Shown piece by piece: positions 37,201-50,899 of a DNA stretch of 64,000 bases. Below the pieces are notes generated by a model. It did not search any database, was not told the origin of the DNA, and worked only from the letters and a program-made list of their open reading frames with translations. The DNA is from Podarcis bocagei (taxonomy: Eukaryota), in the NCBI GenBank assembly GCA_964188305.1, contig OZ076886.1; one strand, given 5' to 3'. The translations under genes and the position numbers were made by a program. Within the stretch, counting starts at the first letter, position 1; the number at the start of each line of letters is the position of its first letter.

Positions 37201-39839
37201 AAAGGAGATATCCGACAACATGACTATTTTCTGGCATAGTAATACATATTACAACTCCAACATTAGCACTTCCACACATTCTAGCACACTGAGGCAACTT
37301 CTGAGATCACCTGCGTCTCTTATGCTTGTGTCTTTTGTGATTAATGCAGAAACAGATAATCTTATCTGCAAAAGGTATCATCAACCATTTTCTCTATTCC
37401 AAACCAAGTAATAACTGAACAAAGAGCACAGAGCACAAACGGTACACCTTGCCAACAATTACAAGTGACATACACACCCCATGGTTTTTCTCATTAATTG
37501 GTAACAAGAGATGCTCGAATCATACACTCTGAAACTGGCAAACCAATCAGCATTATACCATCTTTAGAAACCATGTGCAACACCCCCCTCTGGTGGCTGG
37601 ACCACAGGGAATGGTGCTGGGCCACATCTCTCTCAAAACTCTTTTCTGTGGCCAAGTGTCCCTTGAACTTTTCCATTCATCTGAAGTACTTTGCAGATGG
37701 TGGATCAGATCACGAACTGGAAGCAGCACAGTTGGAATTAAGTAATGCGTCTCAACCTGTTACCTCTCAACCTATGTTAAAAAGAATAAAGAGTAAGCAC
37801 TGAAGGGTGCATAAAGCCTTCCACTCAGCACTCTATTCATACGCTGGCTGTTGGAAGCTGAATGCACACCAAGCCAAGCAATACAGCTGCATCACAAGGT
37901 ACCCATTCATTTGAAGTGAACCCCGGTGAGTCTGCTTCTGAAAGCAAACAAGTACATCACATGGAAAGTTACATGAGTGGGTCACATATACTCTACTGCA
38001 GTTAAGCCTGTAAAAGCAAAATTCAGTTAGCTGGTGACTCTTAGATGTAATGATCATCTGCTACAAACAATACAAGTATGACTGACTGGTGACCCCAGTT
38101 AAAGATTTTCAGTATGGACCTGATGCTGAACAAAATCAAGAATTTTGCTTGTGTGATCTTTTGGGTTCTCTCTTGGCCATTAAAAAATAAATATATCTCT
38201 GCACTGCACAACCATAGCAAAGGAGCTGAGATTAAGATGTATAACAAAAAGAAAAAACTTATGAAAGTCTGATTTCCAGAAGTATTCCAGCTTTATATAG
38301 TTTTGTTTGCTTTGTTTTTTCTTTGCACACATCCTAAACAAAACTCACTAGAAGATAAAACGGATTCCTTTTTCAAGAGTAACATCACTTTCCCTATTTT
38401 CACTGCTTGCATCTTAAACGATCCGCTCCTTCATTTATATAACCTTCACGCCTTCCCAAGATTCCCATTCCAGTCTGCCAAAGACACCACTAACATTATT
38501 TTCCATTCTAGAAAAGCCTAATTCTACATTACGCACATCATCGAAACAGAGCTCAAACTTCACAGCCTACTTCTGCATAGCACCAAAGTACTACTTTCTC
38601 TATATGGAGAATTAGCAAAGTATTCTATGCTTAACATAAGAAACACTGAACTTCTCCAGTTCCCCCCAGTTCTTAGAAAAGGCATCCCTCTCAACAGCAT
38701 TTTAACTATAACAGACATACCTCTCAATATGAAGTTTGGGTTTCAATCAGCACACTTATGTACAATCATAATTTAATCAATAAGCTCCAGGACCATCAAC
38801 CAGCCCTAACAAATAATGCTCTCTCTTAATAATTCAACATAGGAATCCAAAGTGTGGACATTCCCTCTGTTAGCCACTTGCCACGCTCCACTCTAAAGAA
38901 CTCAGTCCCACAGTAACCACAGATTTTTAGGGCCTTGTACAAACTGTCCCAACAGAAATAAAAATCCTCTCCCTCAAGGAACGTAAACCTGAATTACTGA
39001 CCTGCCACAGTGCAAACCTGCAAGAGGCCAAGACAGGGAAAGGTAACCAGATGGGATTATGTTAAGTTAGACCGAACAGAATGTTATAATCAAAGGGCCT
39101 ACCTTTTCTTAAATTATCAGCCTGCAGAAGCCAGATGGTACAGCTAAGTAAATCACAGCCATTCTTCACCTTCCCAAGTCCCTCGATTGGGCCCAAACGG
39201 AAGCCACCTCACATTAAGAGTGGGAAATCTCTCTACTTCTCAGCTCCACTCAGCCTGTCACATTCCCCTCCCTCCCCTGCGGTGAAGACCAGGGCTACCT
39301 GTCCCTAGACAAAGCCACAACACCCCCTCCTTGGACCCCCAAGAGGGCTGGCATCATAGTCTCCGAGCCTCTTCTCCTCCCCAGGCTACCCAGCCTATTA
39401 CTCCCCCTCACCTCCGACCTCCATCTTGCCAGTCTGGAATGTGGCTTCTCTTCACCTATGGCTCCCCAGAAGGCCCAATCCATACTACCGCTTTGCCAGC
39501 TCTCTGGGAGACCGGCTCCAAGGGGCAGAGAGGGGGGTGGTGGAGTGAAACAGCCCGCTTAAAAGACCTAAAGCCAGACCCTGTAAAGAACAAGAGTAAG
39601 GATCAAACCCTTCCGAGGCCCAGGAGCCTGCCTTTGGCACATACTTTTAAGAAGCGCGAGCAGAGCACATCAGGCCCCGGGCCTGCCTGGTCTGATCTCC
39701 AGTGATCTCCTGTAGAACTGGGAGGGCGTGGCCAGAGCAGAACCCTCAGCACACAGGCCTGCTGCCCTGCGCCCGATTGGCTGTTTCGCTTCGTTCAAGT
39801 TTGTATAACAAATCAAAACTAGGTGACTGAACACAGTTA

Positions 39840-40190
39840 CAATAATAATACTTTATTATTCACACCCTGTCCATCTGGCTGGGTTTCCCCAGCCACTCTG
39901 GGATGCTCCCAAAAGAATATTAAAAACACGATAAAAGATCAAACACCGAAAACTTCCCTAAACAGGGCTGCCTTCAGATGTCTTCTAAACATCAGAGAAT
40001 TGTTTATTCCCTTGACATTTGATGAGTGTTCCACAGGGCGGGGGGTGGGCACCACTACCGAGAAGGCGCTCTGCCTTGTTCCCTGTAACCTTACTTCTTG
40101 CAGTGAGGAAACTTCCAGAAGGTCCTTGGAGCTGGACCTCAGTGTCTGGGCTGAACAATGGGGGTGGAGACGCTCCTTCAGGTATACTTC
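39840..40190 (-). mobile_element. L2 LINE 3' fragment
   Basis: (AAT)n tail and CCATCTGGCTGGGTTTCCCCAGCCACTCTGGG L2-type 3' end. Confidence 0.75.
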
Positions 40191-40769
40191 AGTTATAAGG
40201 GTCCTCTGTACTCCCCAACCTCACCAGCTTCCGGGCAGTTGACTAGGGAGACTAGGCTAGTCCCCTAAATGTTCCTGGTAAATTAGAGTATTAAAGCATT
40301 AAAGCCTGGCACCTCCTCCTCAAAGCCCAGGAGACTTCTGCCCCCCCCCCACTGGCAACCATCCTCACAAGGTGGTACTTCTGACCCAAAGTGTTCCCCT
40401 ACAAAAAAAATCACTGCAGGTCACTGCTTCCATGTTTAGAATTCATGTCTTTATAAAACTAATTCTTCTTTTAGTTTTTCTCTACAGGATTCTCTTACGT
40501 TGTTCCATCAGGGTAGTGTGGGGGCATCCATCCACAGCAGGGTCATCTTCTCCAGCTGAAGTACAAAGAAGTATGCATGGCCAAAACACCCAGTTTTGTA
40601 GAGGTGCAGTGGATAACATTATTTTGTAGACCCTTTTCATTAGTGTAGGAAATAAATGGCCACCAGATGGCACAAAAAGCATCCATTTTTTTCCTTTTCG
40701 TTCAGCACCGTTAAACTACAATATACATTATTGTGTCAGCTATAGCTAAACTCCACGCTATGTTTGGGC

Positions 40770-40975
40770 AATGGACAGTGTAATGGTTAGAATGTCCAGG
40801 CTACAGAAACCTAAGTTCAAACCCCCATTCAGCCATGAAGCTTGATGAGTGACCTTGGGCTAGTGACCAAGTTGTTGTGAAGATAACAGGGAGGGCTGGG
40901 TAAAGAAAGGAGGACCGTGTACATTGTTTTGAGCTCCTTAGAAAAGTAGAATATAAATGTAATAAATAAATACAA
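40770..40975 (+). mobile_element. Old MIR-like SINE remnant
   Basis: AGTTCAAACCCCCATTCAGCCATGAAGCT...GACCTTGGGC and AATAAATAAA tail. Confidence 0.55.
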
Positions 40976-41127
40976 CAGCAAAGCTCTTAATGGGGGTAGA
41001 TTGCTGACAATATATTACATCCGTTTTCAAACATTTGCATGCATTGCCAGTGTGCTTCTAAGCACACATCAAAGTATATTTTTGATATTTAAAGCCCTGA
41101 ACCAAAGTTATCAGAGGCATACCACCA

Positions 41128-41373
41128 GTTTTTTGTTGTTTTTTTAGATTTGATATCCCGCTTTATCACTACCCGAAGGAGTCTCAAAGCGGCTAACATT
41201 CTCCTTTCCCTTCCTCCCCCACAACAAACACTCTGTGAGGTGAGTGGGGCTGAGAGACTTCAGAGAAGTGTGACTGGCCCAAGGTCACCCAGCAGCTGCA
41301 TGTGGAGGAGCAGGGAAGTGAACCCGGTTCACCAGATTATGAATCTACTGCTCTTAACCACTACACCACACCA
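41128..41373 (-). mobile_element. tRNA-derived squamate SINE (Squam3-like)
   Basis: Reverse-complement copy of the 34.0 kb SINE. Confidence 0.85.
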
Positions 41374-44300
41374 CTATTGTGTCCTTGGGGACACTGGAAA
41401 AGCAATGCTTAACAGTTCCCTTGTTTGTTGCAGGAGGATGAGGGGTACTCTTTGGAACACTATCCCTAGGGAATGCATTTAATGAACTCTTGCATCAGCT
41501 TTCAAAAGTATAATGTTTAAGATCCTTTTAGGAGGGTGTTTGGGTTAGAGGCATGTCCAATGGTTGCATTTTCTCTTTGCTCTTAATGATTTGCGTTTTC
41601 TTTTTCTTTTTTAAAATTCTGTCAGCTGAAATGACTTTTGAAGTCTAAACAAGCAAGGTTAAAAGCTGCTAAATAAATAGCGAACACACAAGACCAGGTA
41701 CTGTATTTGTAGTTTCCAATCTTCCATGTACGAGAAATTCATCAGGAAAGAGCCAAAACCCAATCACTGTATCGTGCTACAATAAGGCTCTGGCCTGTAA
41801 GTCTTATCTAACCTGATCAATACAATTATTAGCCATTACTCCTTTGCAAAAATGTTACAAGTGGAATGGCTCACAACACAATCCCACACTTGAACCACAG
41901 GGCAACAGAAGGTTAAACTTCAAGTTTGTTCTCCTAACTAGAATTGCCAGAAAACATTCCACAGGCCAGGCGCTGATAGTCTTAAATGCATCATGGCTGA
42001 AGAACGTGCCTGATCTGGTCTGTGGATGCCCAAACCACTCTCCTATTCCTGCCAAAACTACAAATGCACTAATTTGTAATACTCCCTCACTTATCCACCA
42101 AGGTTTACAGCATGCTACAAGTTAGCAAGAGGCAGTAGTCACTCAAGCCAGCTTGTCATTGTCATTTAGACAGCTTCTGTCTCCATTTAAACATAATAGG
42201 GTTCTCTTGAGCAATATGTCCAATCTTTTTTCCCCTTTTTTGTAATTTAGTAGACAGACCCCTTTACAGTCTTTGGTCTGAAATCACCTCTTGATTAACC
42301 TACTAACAAACAGAACAGGTTGATCAGGAAACGAATCATTCTAGTCAAGGATTTTAGTACTCAGGGTCAATGCTCAGTTTTACACATTAAAACTGGAAGG
42401 GAAGGGAAGTTGCTACTGCAGCCACCAGCATATGAGAAAATAAGCAAGCTGGATCTTCTTGAAATGTCAGTTTATTTTGCTGCCTTACCAATTCAAAACA
42501 GCAACAAGGGCAGGGGCTAAGAGATATAGAAAGCAACTCCAGGAAATGTTCCGTGTTTCTGTTCCATAATAATAAAATGCATTTTAAAAGATAACCTAAA
42601 ATACTTGGAGCAACTAACAAATCAGGATAAGATCTAGCTGATATAAGAAGAAGAAGAGTTCTGTTGGATCAGACCAAAGACCTATCTAGTCCAGCATCCT
42701 ATTCTCAAAGTGGCCACTCAGACCTATGGGAAGTCAACAACCAGGTCACGATCACAACAGCACTTTCTCCCCTTGTGCTTCCTGACAAACAGTATTCAGA
42801 AGCACATCACCTCTGACACGTGAGATTATACACAGCCACCATGACCAGGAGCCTTAAAGATGGTGACCATCACAACATTTGTGACAGCATGTAGTTTAAC
42901 TATGCCCTGAATGAAGATATACTTCCTTTTGTGTGCTGTGGCACTTCCAACATTCAACATCTAGTTCTATTTTTATGAAGGGGAGGAAAACTTCTCTATC
43001 AACTTTCTCCACATCGTACTGCTAGATCAGTCTACAGATAGATACAGATTGTGGAAATTTGATGGCTGCTCCCTCTGCACCAAGACCACAAGGCAACAGG
43101 ATGAGATCCACGCCTGAGAAAAAGAGAAAAGGAGTTTGGCATGGAGGCAGTGGAAGAGTCAAGCATGTCTTTTAGGCGGTCAACCCAGGAGAAAGGGAGC
43201 ATGAAGCTAGTAGCACAAAGACCAAAAACATTTCCCAAATCAGAAGCAGGACTTATAAAGTATATAACCCCACCCCCATTGCCAATCCTCTCGTTTTACA
43301 CCTCTCCCACACCCAACCCCTCACAACTGGCTCAATCCCCACCTACAAGATGGGCAGAAAACTTTCCCCTATCTCCCCACTTCTGCTTCATTTGCAGATT
43401 TCCTTCTGGCAGCAGCAGGGAGAGGGCCTCTTCATTCTCTTGCCGCCGCCCCCCCCCCTTTGCAGATGGTAACAGAGGGAGCTCAGCAAGGCCTGTCCGG
43501 GTGGCCAACTCTGCCAGTTTACCTGCCTGGGCCGCTGACCTGTTTCCTCTACACACACCCATATTGTGGTAGCAATGACAGAGAGCGCGTAGGAAGGCTT
43601 GCCTGGGCTGCCCACCTGCCTATTTCACTGGTCTTCTTGCTCGCGCTGCAGGCCTGAGCTGCTGGCTTTCTTTCTTCCGTCCACCCCAGGATGGCAGTGG
43701 CAACAACACTGGGAGCACAGGAAGGCTTGCCTGTGGTTTGTGAATGCCTGTATACTTGTCTGTGTGATTAGGGATGAGTGCAAATATAGTATAGAGACAT
43801 GTGGCAGGTTGTTGCATTTACTCATCCTTGGAAATTACCCACCTGGTGACTAACCTGTCTGCAACACTTCAGAAAGCAACACAGAATCTTGGAGGAAGTG
43901 ACAAGAAGAACAGCACTTAAGGGTTTGGGCTACCAAATCTTTTTCCCAGAAGAAGCCCCTACGCCCCTTATCAGCAGCAATCCAAACAGAAATTCAGCAG
44001 GTGACTCCAGCAAGATTCCGCTGTTGGATACCCGCTTGTCACAGTCATTAAAGACACAGGAATCCTGCCAGAAACACGTGCTGACTACCCTACACAGGAG
44101 AAGGAAATGGGCAGCACTTTGCTTTTAAGACGCTTCAAGCAACTTAAGAGCTGGCTAATATTTAAATGCTATGTATTATGAAGTATTCACACACTAAAAA
44201 AAAACCAACCAATTAAGTGTGAAATCATCCCTGGATTCTACAAAGGAATTTACAAAAGGCTGCTCAGCGTTCATACTCGTTTGTTAAGGCAGTAAATTAC

Positions 44301-45715
44301 TCTTTAAACACATTTTAAACCAGCCATCTTGATTGCAAAAAGAGTGGATTTTTACACTAATCAATGAGTGCTTACAGGTGCAGCAGGGCCCCAATTCATG
44401 TCAGCAATTTGCATTCTGACTTACGGGGTTGTAGTAATTTCTTGAAGATCATTCATGATCTACACATGGTGGACACATTGTGTGAAACAGCTACATGCAC
44501 CTATGCACATGGCAAGGAACGGCCTTGGTTGACTCCCCAGATGTGTACATGCTATGAAACAGATGCTTAGACACTTCAAAATTATGTAGCAAAAGTACCA
44601 CCACTTGAACCTTTACTCTGTAAGGTATGAAGCATTCCCGACACTGATACAAATGAAGTTGTTGCTTCCTTATTAGCCTTTACCTACCATACCAACTCTT
44701 CACAGAAAATAACCACCCTTGGCATATTTGCCACCCCACCCTTCAGCTCCAAAGCGCACAAAACTTTCAAAGTCCATTATTGGCTTTGTAAGCTCAGGTT
44801 TGACCTCATTTTACCAAAAGTTCCTGCTAGTTTACTCTGATCTTTAATAGAGTTCCAATTTCTCATCTTAATCATCAGTGCGAGCTCACACTTTTAACCT
44901 ACCAAGAACCCTAAAACATCTGGGATCCCATGCACATCAAACTCTTCCTTGAAGACAGCTTCAGTCACATAACTGGGAGAACCTAATGAGGAGAGCAAGA
45001 ACTGCTGGGGCCTGTTCGGAACCTTGGAAGAACGGAGTGCCAATTACATGGGCAAGGAAACAGTTTCATATTTTTATAGTGTACACAGATAAAGGTTTCT
45101 TACATTTTCCTCTCCTGTCTGCATCTTCTGAAGAAACTTCTTACGGTAATCACAGCTTACTCCTAACACCTTTCCCCAACTCCAGGGAGTTCTTTTGCTA
45201 CTTGCTGTGATTACAGCCAGCAGTGGATTTGATTTGTTGGCTGATGTGAAATTATCTCTGGTTTTATAATTTGTTTTATTGTCACTTGAAGGTTGCAGCA
45301 GGCCCCGGAGGCCCTTTTGAGGGTGAGAAGACATATAAGTAAACAAAATTTAACCACAAAACCAATGCATATTCTCTAAGTTTTAGTGTGTTTTCAGGGA
45401 CTCTGTGTTCACATTCTTCACCCAAACTATGTTTTTTTTAAAACCAGATTAACACATGCTGATAGGGTTTTTTTCACTGGTCAGAAGCCCCAACCCACTC
45501 CACTTTATAGAGAGATCATAGGCAAATCATATCACTTTCACAAAAGCCAAGAGATGAACCAACTCAATTTCTAATACCAGCAAGATTTTAAGCCTTTGCC
45601 AACCTGGTGCCCTCCAGATGTTTGGAGCTACAATTCACAAGTTTCTGCCAGTATAGCCAATGCTGGAAGCTATAGTTTGAAATATCTGGAGGGCACAAGG
45701 TTGGAAAATAGCGGC

Positions 45716-45805
45716 TTCAGATACCAACAAGTGTGCATGCACACAAAAGCTTATACCCAGAACAAACTTAGTTGGTCTCTAAGGTGCTACTGGACTATTT
45801 TTTAA
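45716..45805 (+). mobile_element. Penelope-like pLTR fragment, hammerhead core lost
   Basis: GTGTGCATGCACACAAAAGCTTATACCCAGAACAAACTTAGTTGGTCTCTAAGGTGCTACTGGA. Confidence 0.7.
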
Positions 45806-47587
45806 ACTGAAAGAGTTCAGTTTACCAATCCATGGGTTCTCCGTACATTTCACTTATATTTACTTACCATACCAACAGTGAGTCAGCCACAACTTTGATA
45901 CCTATATAGCCACATTTTCTTTGACCAAAAAACTGACAAGCGTTTTGGACCAGAATACCTCAAGGACTGTCTGTAAGTAACCCCGATTGCACTCCAATCA
46001 ACATCTGAGAGCCGTCTCAGGAAGCCATGAATGATTACTTCAGATAGGTGAAGCTGACAGGAATTGGGGTCCAACAAGATATGGATGTCCACACCTAAGG
46101 CACCTCTGTTTTAAACAGACAGTTGCAGAGCTGGAAAGGACCTCCATGTAATGTTGCACAATCCCTACTCAGTCACAAACTGGGCTTGGCACTGCCTCTC
46201 AACTTAATCCTGCCTCACAAGGTTGTTGTGAGGACAAACTGAGAAGGGAAAGAACCAGGTACTCCACCTTGAACTTATTGGAGGAAAGGTAGGATGTAGT
46301 AGTTGTTATCTAGTTTCAACTTTAAAGCCGCCAATGAAAGAGAATCACAATAATTAAGTTGTCAGGTTTTTTTTAAAAAAGGCTACATAAATACAAGAAT
46401 TGTTCCCCTTCTGAGTTCATCAGAGTAGGCAGGAAGTTTACTTGACCCATCTATCTTCCAGAAATTCCATAATAGACATTTTACACAGAGCCTAGCAGCC
46501 AAGCCACAGGCACCTGGATGTCCCATTTAATAAAAAGAAACAGTGCTTCTATTAAGTGCACTTCACATAAAAGCTTCACATACATTATATTGGATTAATT
46601 GTTTAATTAAAGCTGTGCTCTGTTTAATTGAAGTCGTGCTTTGTTTTCCTTTTTAATCCTGCCAAATATGAGAGCTGGGAGTAAAATTTATCAGCACAGT
46701 TTCTTTGTGGATCAAACAACAAATCTGCAAAGAAGTTCCATGCATCAGCAATAGAGGCACAGGTCTAATGTTGCGTCTGCTCCTCAGATCTGTTGAAAGC
46801 AACAAAAGGGGACAGATTGGACCGGAAAGCTGCAAGGGAGCCCACCTCCAACTGCTGCACATATACCAGGAGAGCTGCAGGCAGAGGCAGATCCAAGTAT
46901 TCCTTCAAAGTCCCACTTCTTAAACCTTACAGCTTGGATATCATGTGGATAGTGCGCTAAAGTTCCTATTTAACAATTAATAATTACTATTTGTTCCCTT
47001 TAAATTTCTTTCAGTTGCTAACTGACCATTATTCTGTGCAGAGAATAATGGTCCACAGAGCATATTTCTACAACAAGCCAGTGTTCAGAAGCATTCAGGT
47101 TTTTTTACCTAATGGAGCTCATATAATGCATGCTGTTATTTGAGAAAATAGCCTTTGTAATATTTTATAACTGCCAATAAATCATTTGTTGCAAAGGCTA
47201 GGAAATAGCTTTTTGACTAGATGACAACTAAGGAATTAGATCTTCTGGACAGAACCCAGAAGGGACCTACAACTAATTAGAAACACAAAATTTCCCCCTT
47301 GGTACCCACTCTTGAAAAAAGAGCATTTTAGAGCTAGTATCTCAACTTCCACAAGTTTCCCTAAATGTCTTTATTGAGCTGCGTTTCCAAGTCTTGGAAG
47401 GCGACTACAACAAGGTGTTGTATACAGACTTTGTATATATGGTCAGGTGGGAGACATCACTCATTATCTGTTAGCCTGCCCCTTATAGAGAGGGCCAAGA
47501 GATGGCTTTCTGAAACCTTTGTTCACACAAGCAAGCAGGCACACACTGTTGTTTCTTTTGAGTGGCAGTAATAGCTCCATAACATGC

Positions 47588-47938
47588 GCGGGTAGCGCTG
47601 TGGGTAAAACCTCAGCGTCTAGGACTTGCTGATCATCAGGTCAGCGGTTCGAATCCCCGTGGTGGGGTGCGCTCCCGTTGCTCGGTCCCAGCGCCTGCCA
47701 ACCTAGCAGTTCGAAAGCACCCCCAGGTGCAAGTAGATAAATAGGGACCGCTTACTAGCGGGAAGGTAAACGGCGTTTCCGTGTGCTGCGCTGGCTCGCC
47801 AGATGCAGCTTGTCACGCTGGCCACGTGACCCGGAAGTGTCTTCGGACAGCCCTGGCCCCCAGCCTCTTAAGCGAGATGGGCGCGCAACCCCAGAGTCGG
47901 ACACGACTGGCCCGTACGGGCAGGGGTACCTTTACCTT
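47588..47938 (+). mobile_element. Sauria SINE (Squam1), near full length
   Basis: tRNA head with B-box GGTTCGAATCC, BovB-like 3' end GAGTCGGACACGACT, (ACCTTT)n tail, 8-bp TSD TAACATGC (47580-47587, 47939-47946). Confidence 0.92.
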
Positions 47939-48987
47939 TAACATGCAGAATGGCCCTCTATACAATGGCTGGGAAAAAAATCAGGAAAAAGGAGTTAAGA
48001 TAAAATTGCTATAAATTGTGGTGGTGCTTCAGACGTTTAATCTGAAATCAAGCTGGATTTGAGTTTGTTGGTGTATCTGGGAACTTGTCTTTCTTACATT
48101 ATGGATGCTGGTAAATTGGATTTTTAAAAGGCAAAATATTAGAATTGGAGTTCTGAGAGAGATACAAGGGAAACTGTGTGTTTCAGGAACTTGGCAGTCT
48201 TTTTGTATTATGAATATATGTTCTGTATTATTGAATTAATACTATCATGGGCTTTGGCTACAACCATCAATTTATGAACTTGAACTTTATTAGATGACAT
48301 GCATGCATGTATGTTAAATGTGATGATCAGGCTAAAGTTTTGAAGGATGTTTAGAATTCAATCACAGCTACTCAAGACAATTTTAAGGAAAGTGTCCTTA
48401 AATTTTCCCTATCTTGACTTAACAAACTCCTCTTCCAAGTACCATGATCACAATAGAAGGACAAGGTATACATTTACCTAAATAAAAATAACTTAAGAGT
48501 CAGAACTATGCATGTCCTGAGATTCCACATACTCAAATATGGTGTAGTACTTGGATTGCTGATAAATCCACGTTTTAAATATATAACAGTAGGTTTCAGT
48601 CTTCAGTTAATATTTACAAATGTGCTTTTGAAAGAACCAGTGATCATCGAAGACATGCACAAGTACCTATGAATCTTGCACTTCATGTTACCCTATGTCA
48701 CTCATTTACCTGTGATTCCCTTCCAGGATATATTCTAAATTCCACAAAATAATATAAATATTTTTAGAATCAAACATAGACATATTTTTACAAGATAAGT
48801 GTATCTGCACAAAATATTAATTTGCACAACTTATTTTTAATACACAATGTTGAGTTATCTTTCTTTGGCAATAGCTATCTTTGTGGTTAATAAAAACAGT
48901 ATAAATCAGGCTTTTGCTGTTCAGGAAGTCCAAAATATTGGTCCATCTCATTCTTACTACAGAGTCCCTAAATTCCTGGATACTGTT

Positions 48988-49414
48988 TTTTTAATGTATT
49001 TTTTATTAAAGGTTTCTTGGTTTACAAAAGTATGTGCAATGTCTCTTTTTTCAAGTCACATTTTCTACAGATCAGTTTCATTTGTTGCAACTTTAGTGTT
49101 ACATTAGGAAGAAAAGGGGGGAAGAGGTGGAGGGGACCATGGAGGGTGGGGATGGGGTCAGGTGGCGATGTTTCTATTTAATTTAATGTATGTGTGGGGT
49201 TTTGTGTCAGCGTCGCCTGTGTGGGTTCTCTTTACTATTCACTTGTGTTCCTCTGGTGGTGAGAGGTTGGGGTTGCCCTAGGGTGCGGTTGTTTGTTTGT
49301 GATTGGCTGTGATGAACTTTGTTTTCATGTATGAGTGGGGTGGGTGTTTTTGGATCAGGTTAGCCATATTGCTTCGTAGGCTGTTGGTGGATTCTTATCG
49401 TTGTCTTGTTGGGC
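48988..49414 (-). mobile_element. LINE 3' end (L1/Tx1-like), strongly 5'-truncated
   Basis: AATAAA plus A-rich tail on minus strand; TSD AAT(T/C)CCTGGATACTGTT at 48971-48987 and 49415-49431. Confidence 0.75.
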
Positions 49415-50899
49415 AATCCCTGGATACTGTTAACAGCTGACAAATGAATGAAGTGCTGAAAACAATGAATACATTAAAACACTGTAAGGCAGTGATGCAG
49501 GGGTAGGAATTTGTACACTTGCTATGTGCCTTGCCCTTTCCTCTTTCTACAGTGATCATTACAAGCCACAGATATAATCCTGCCATACTGCTACTAAGTG
49601 TAATAATCTCTTTGGGAAAGGGTCAGCCTCAGTCTAAACAGTAATGGGATTTTAATGACAGAGTAAAACAAGCTGGGAAGGGAAGAGAGTAATAATGGAC
49701 AAGAAGTCAAGGTTCCTGAATCCTATCCACAACTCTGGGAAGGGATTTAGGAGTACATGCTGGGACAAGGACTGAGTCCACACGGAGCAGAAGTCTGAGA
49801 GCTCTCTTATAACTTTCTGTGCCAAGCCCTGGCACTTCCTTTGCAATTTTCATACATTTCCCCCCTATACTTTCTCTATCTTTTGAGGGAGCCTTTAAGG
49901 ATGGACAATTCCATGTTCAAAGAATAGTACTAGCACCTAGAAATCCTGAGTTCTGCAGTGTAACTTTGATTCACATTTTTTATCTGTAACTGAGCCCAAG
50001 CCGTTGTTAAAGATGCTGGTATACAAAACAAGGTTGTAAGATGCATTAGTCCTAAAAAAACATGACCTGAATTCTCCAGTGCAGTTTTGCACACCCACTG
50101 CTTGGATGCAATGTGGCAGATAAAACTCATACTTAATTGAACAGGCTTGCATGCCACAAGCTCCCAAAGAAGACAGGTAAAATGAAAGAACCCAAAAGGT
50201 GTGTGTGTAGTTTTAAATAGTTTTCATGAGGTCCTATTCCAGCATTAATTCTTTGACTGTTCTGCAAGTGTGCCGCCAGCTACAAAATCCTGCCTTCCAC
50301 TTCCTCGAAAGCAATCCAAGCAGACCTCTCTGTTTTCCATCTAGGTACGCTACAAACATACTTCCTGCTTTGTTGCTAGTCTTTCCATCTGAGGCCCTGC
50401 CTGACCAGTTTGCAGTTCCATTCTGCAGCTTCCTTTGGGGGTGGGGCGTAGGGGACACATCCGTCTGTCTCTGCTGAATTAAGTAGCCTTCCATTTGTGT
50501 TTTAACAGGGCGAGCTGTCTATTGAACAGGAACCTGTCAAACCTGCCTAAAAGCAATAGCAAAGTGTTAGCTTCATTGCACATATTCGGTACCAGCCACT
50601 GTTAACTAAGCAGCTTCAGATAAAAGAGAAAATGCTACGCTTCGTATTTAAATCTGTTTGATATATTTGGGGAGGATAACTAACCTACAAGTTACAGACA
50701 AAGTCAACACAAACTGGTTTTTAGTGCACAGGCACGACCAGAGGCAGTGTTGCCAGAGGCAGAAAACAACCCCAGCTCGCCAATTAATTTTTTTTAAAAA
50801 AAACCCGTTTTTCCATGCTAGAAACCCCCTTCCCCAATAAACACACACGTGGACCCAAATCGGACAAAGCATTAAAAGTAAGGCTCATGGGAGGGGAAG

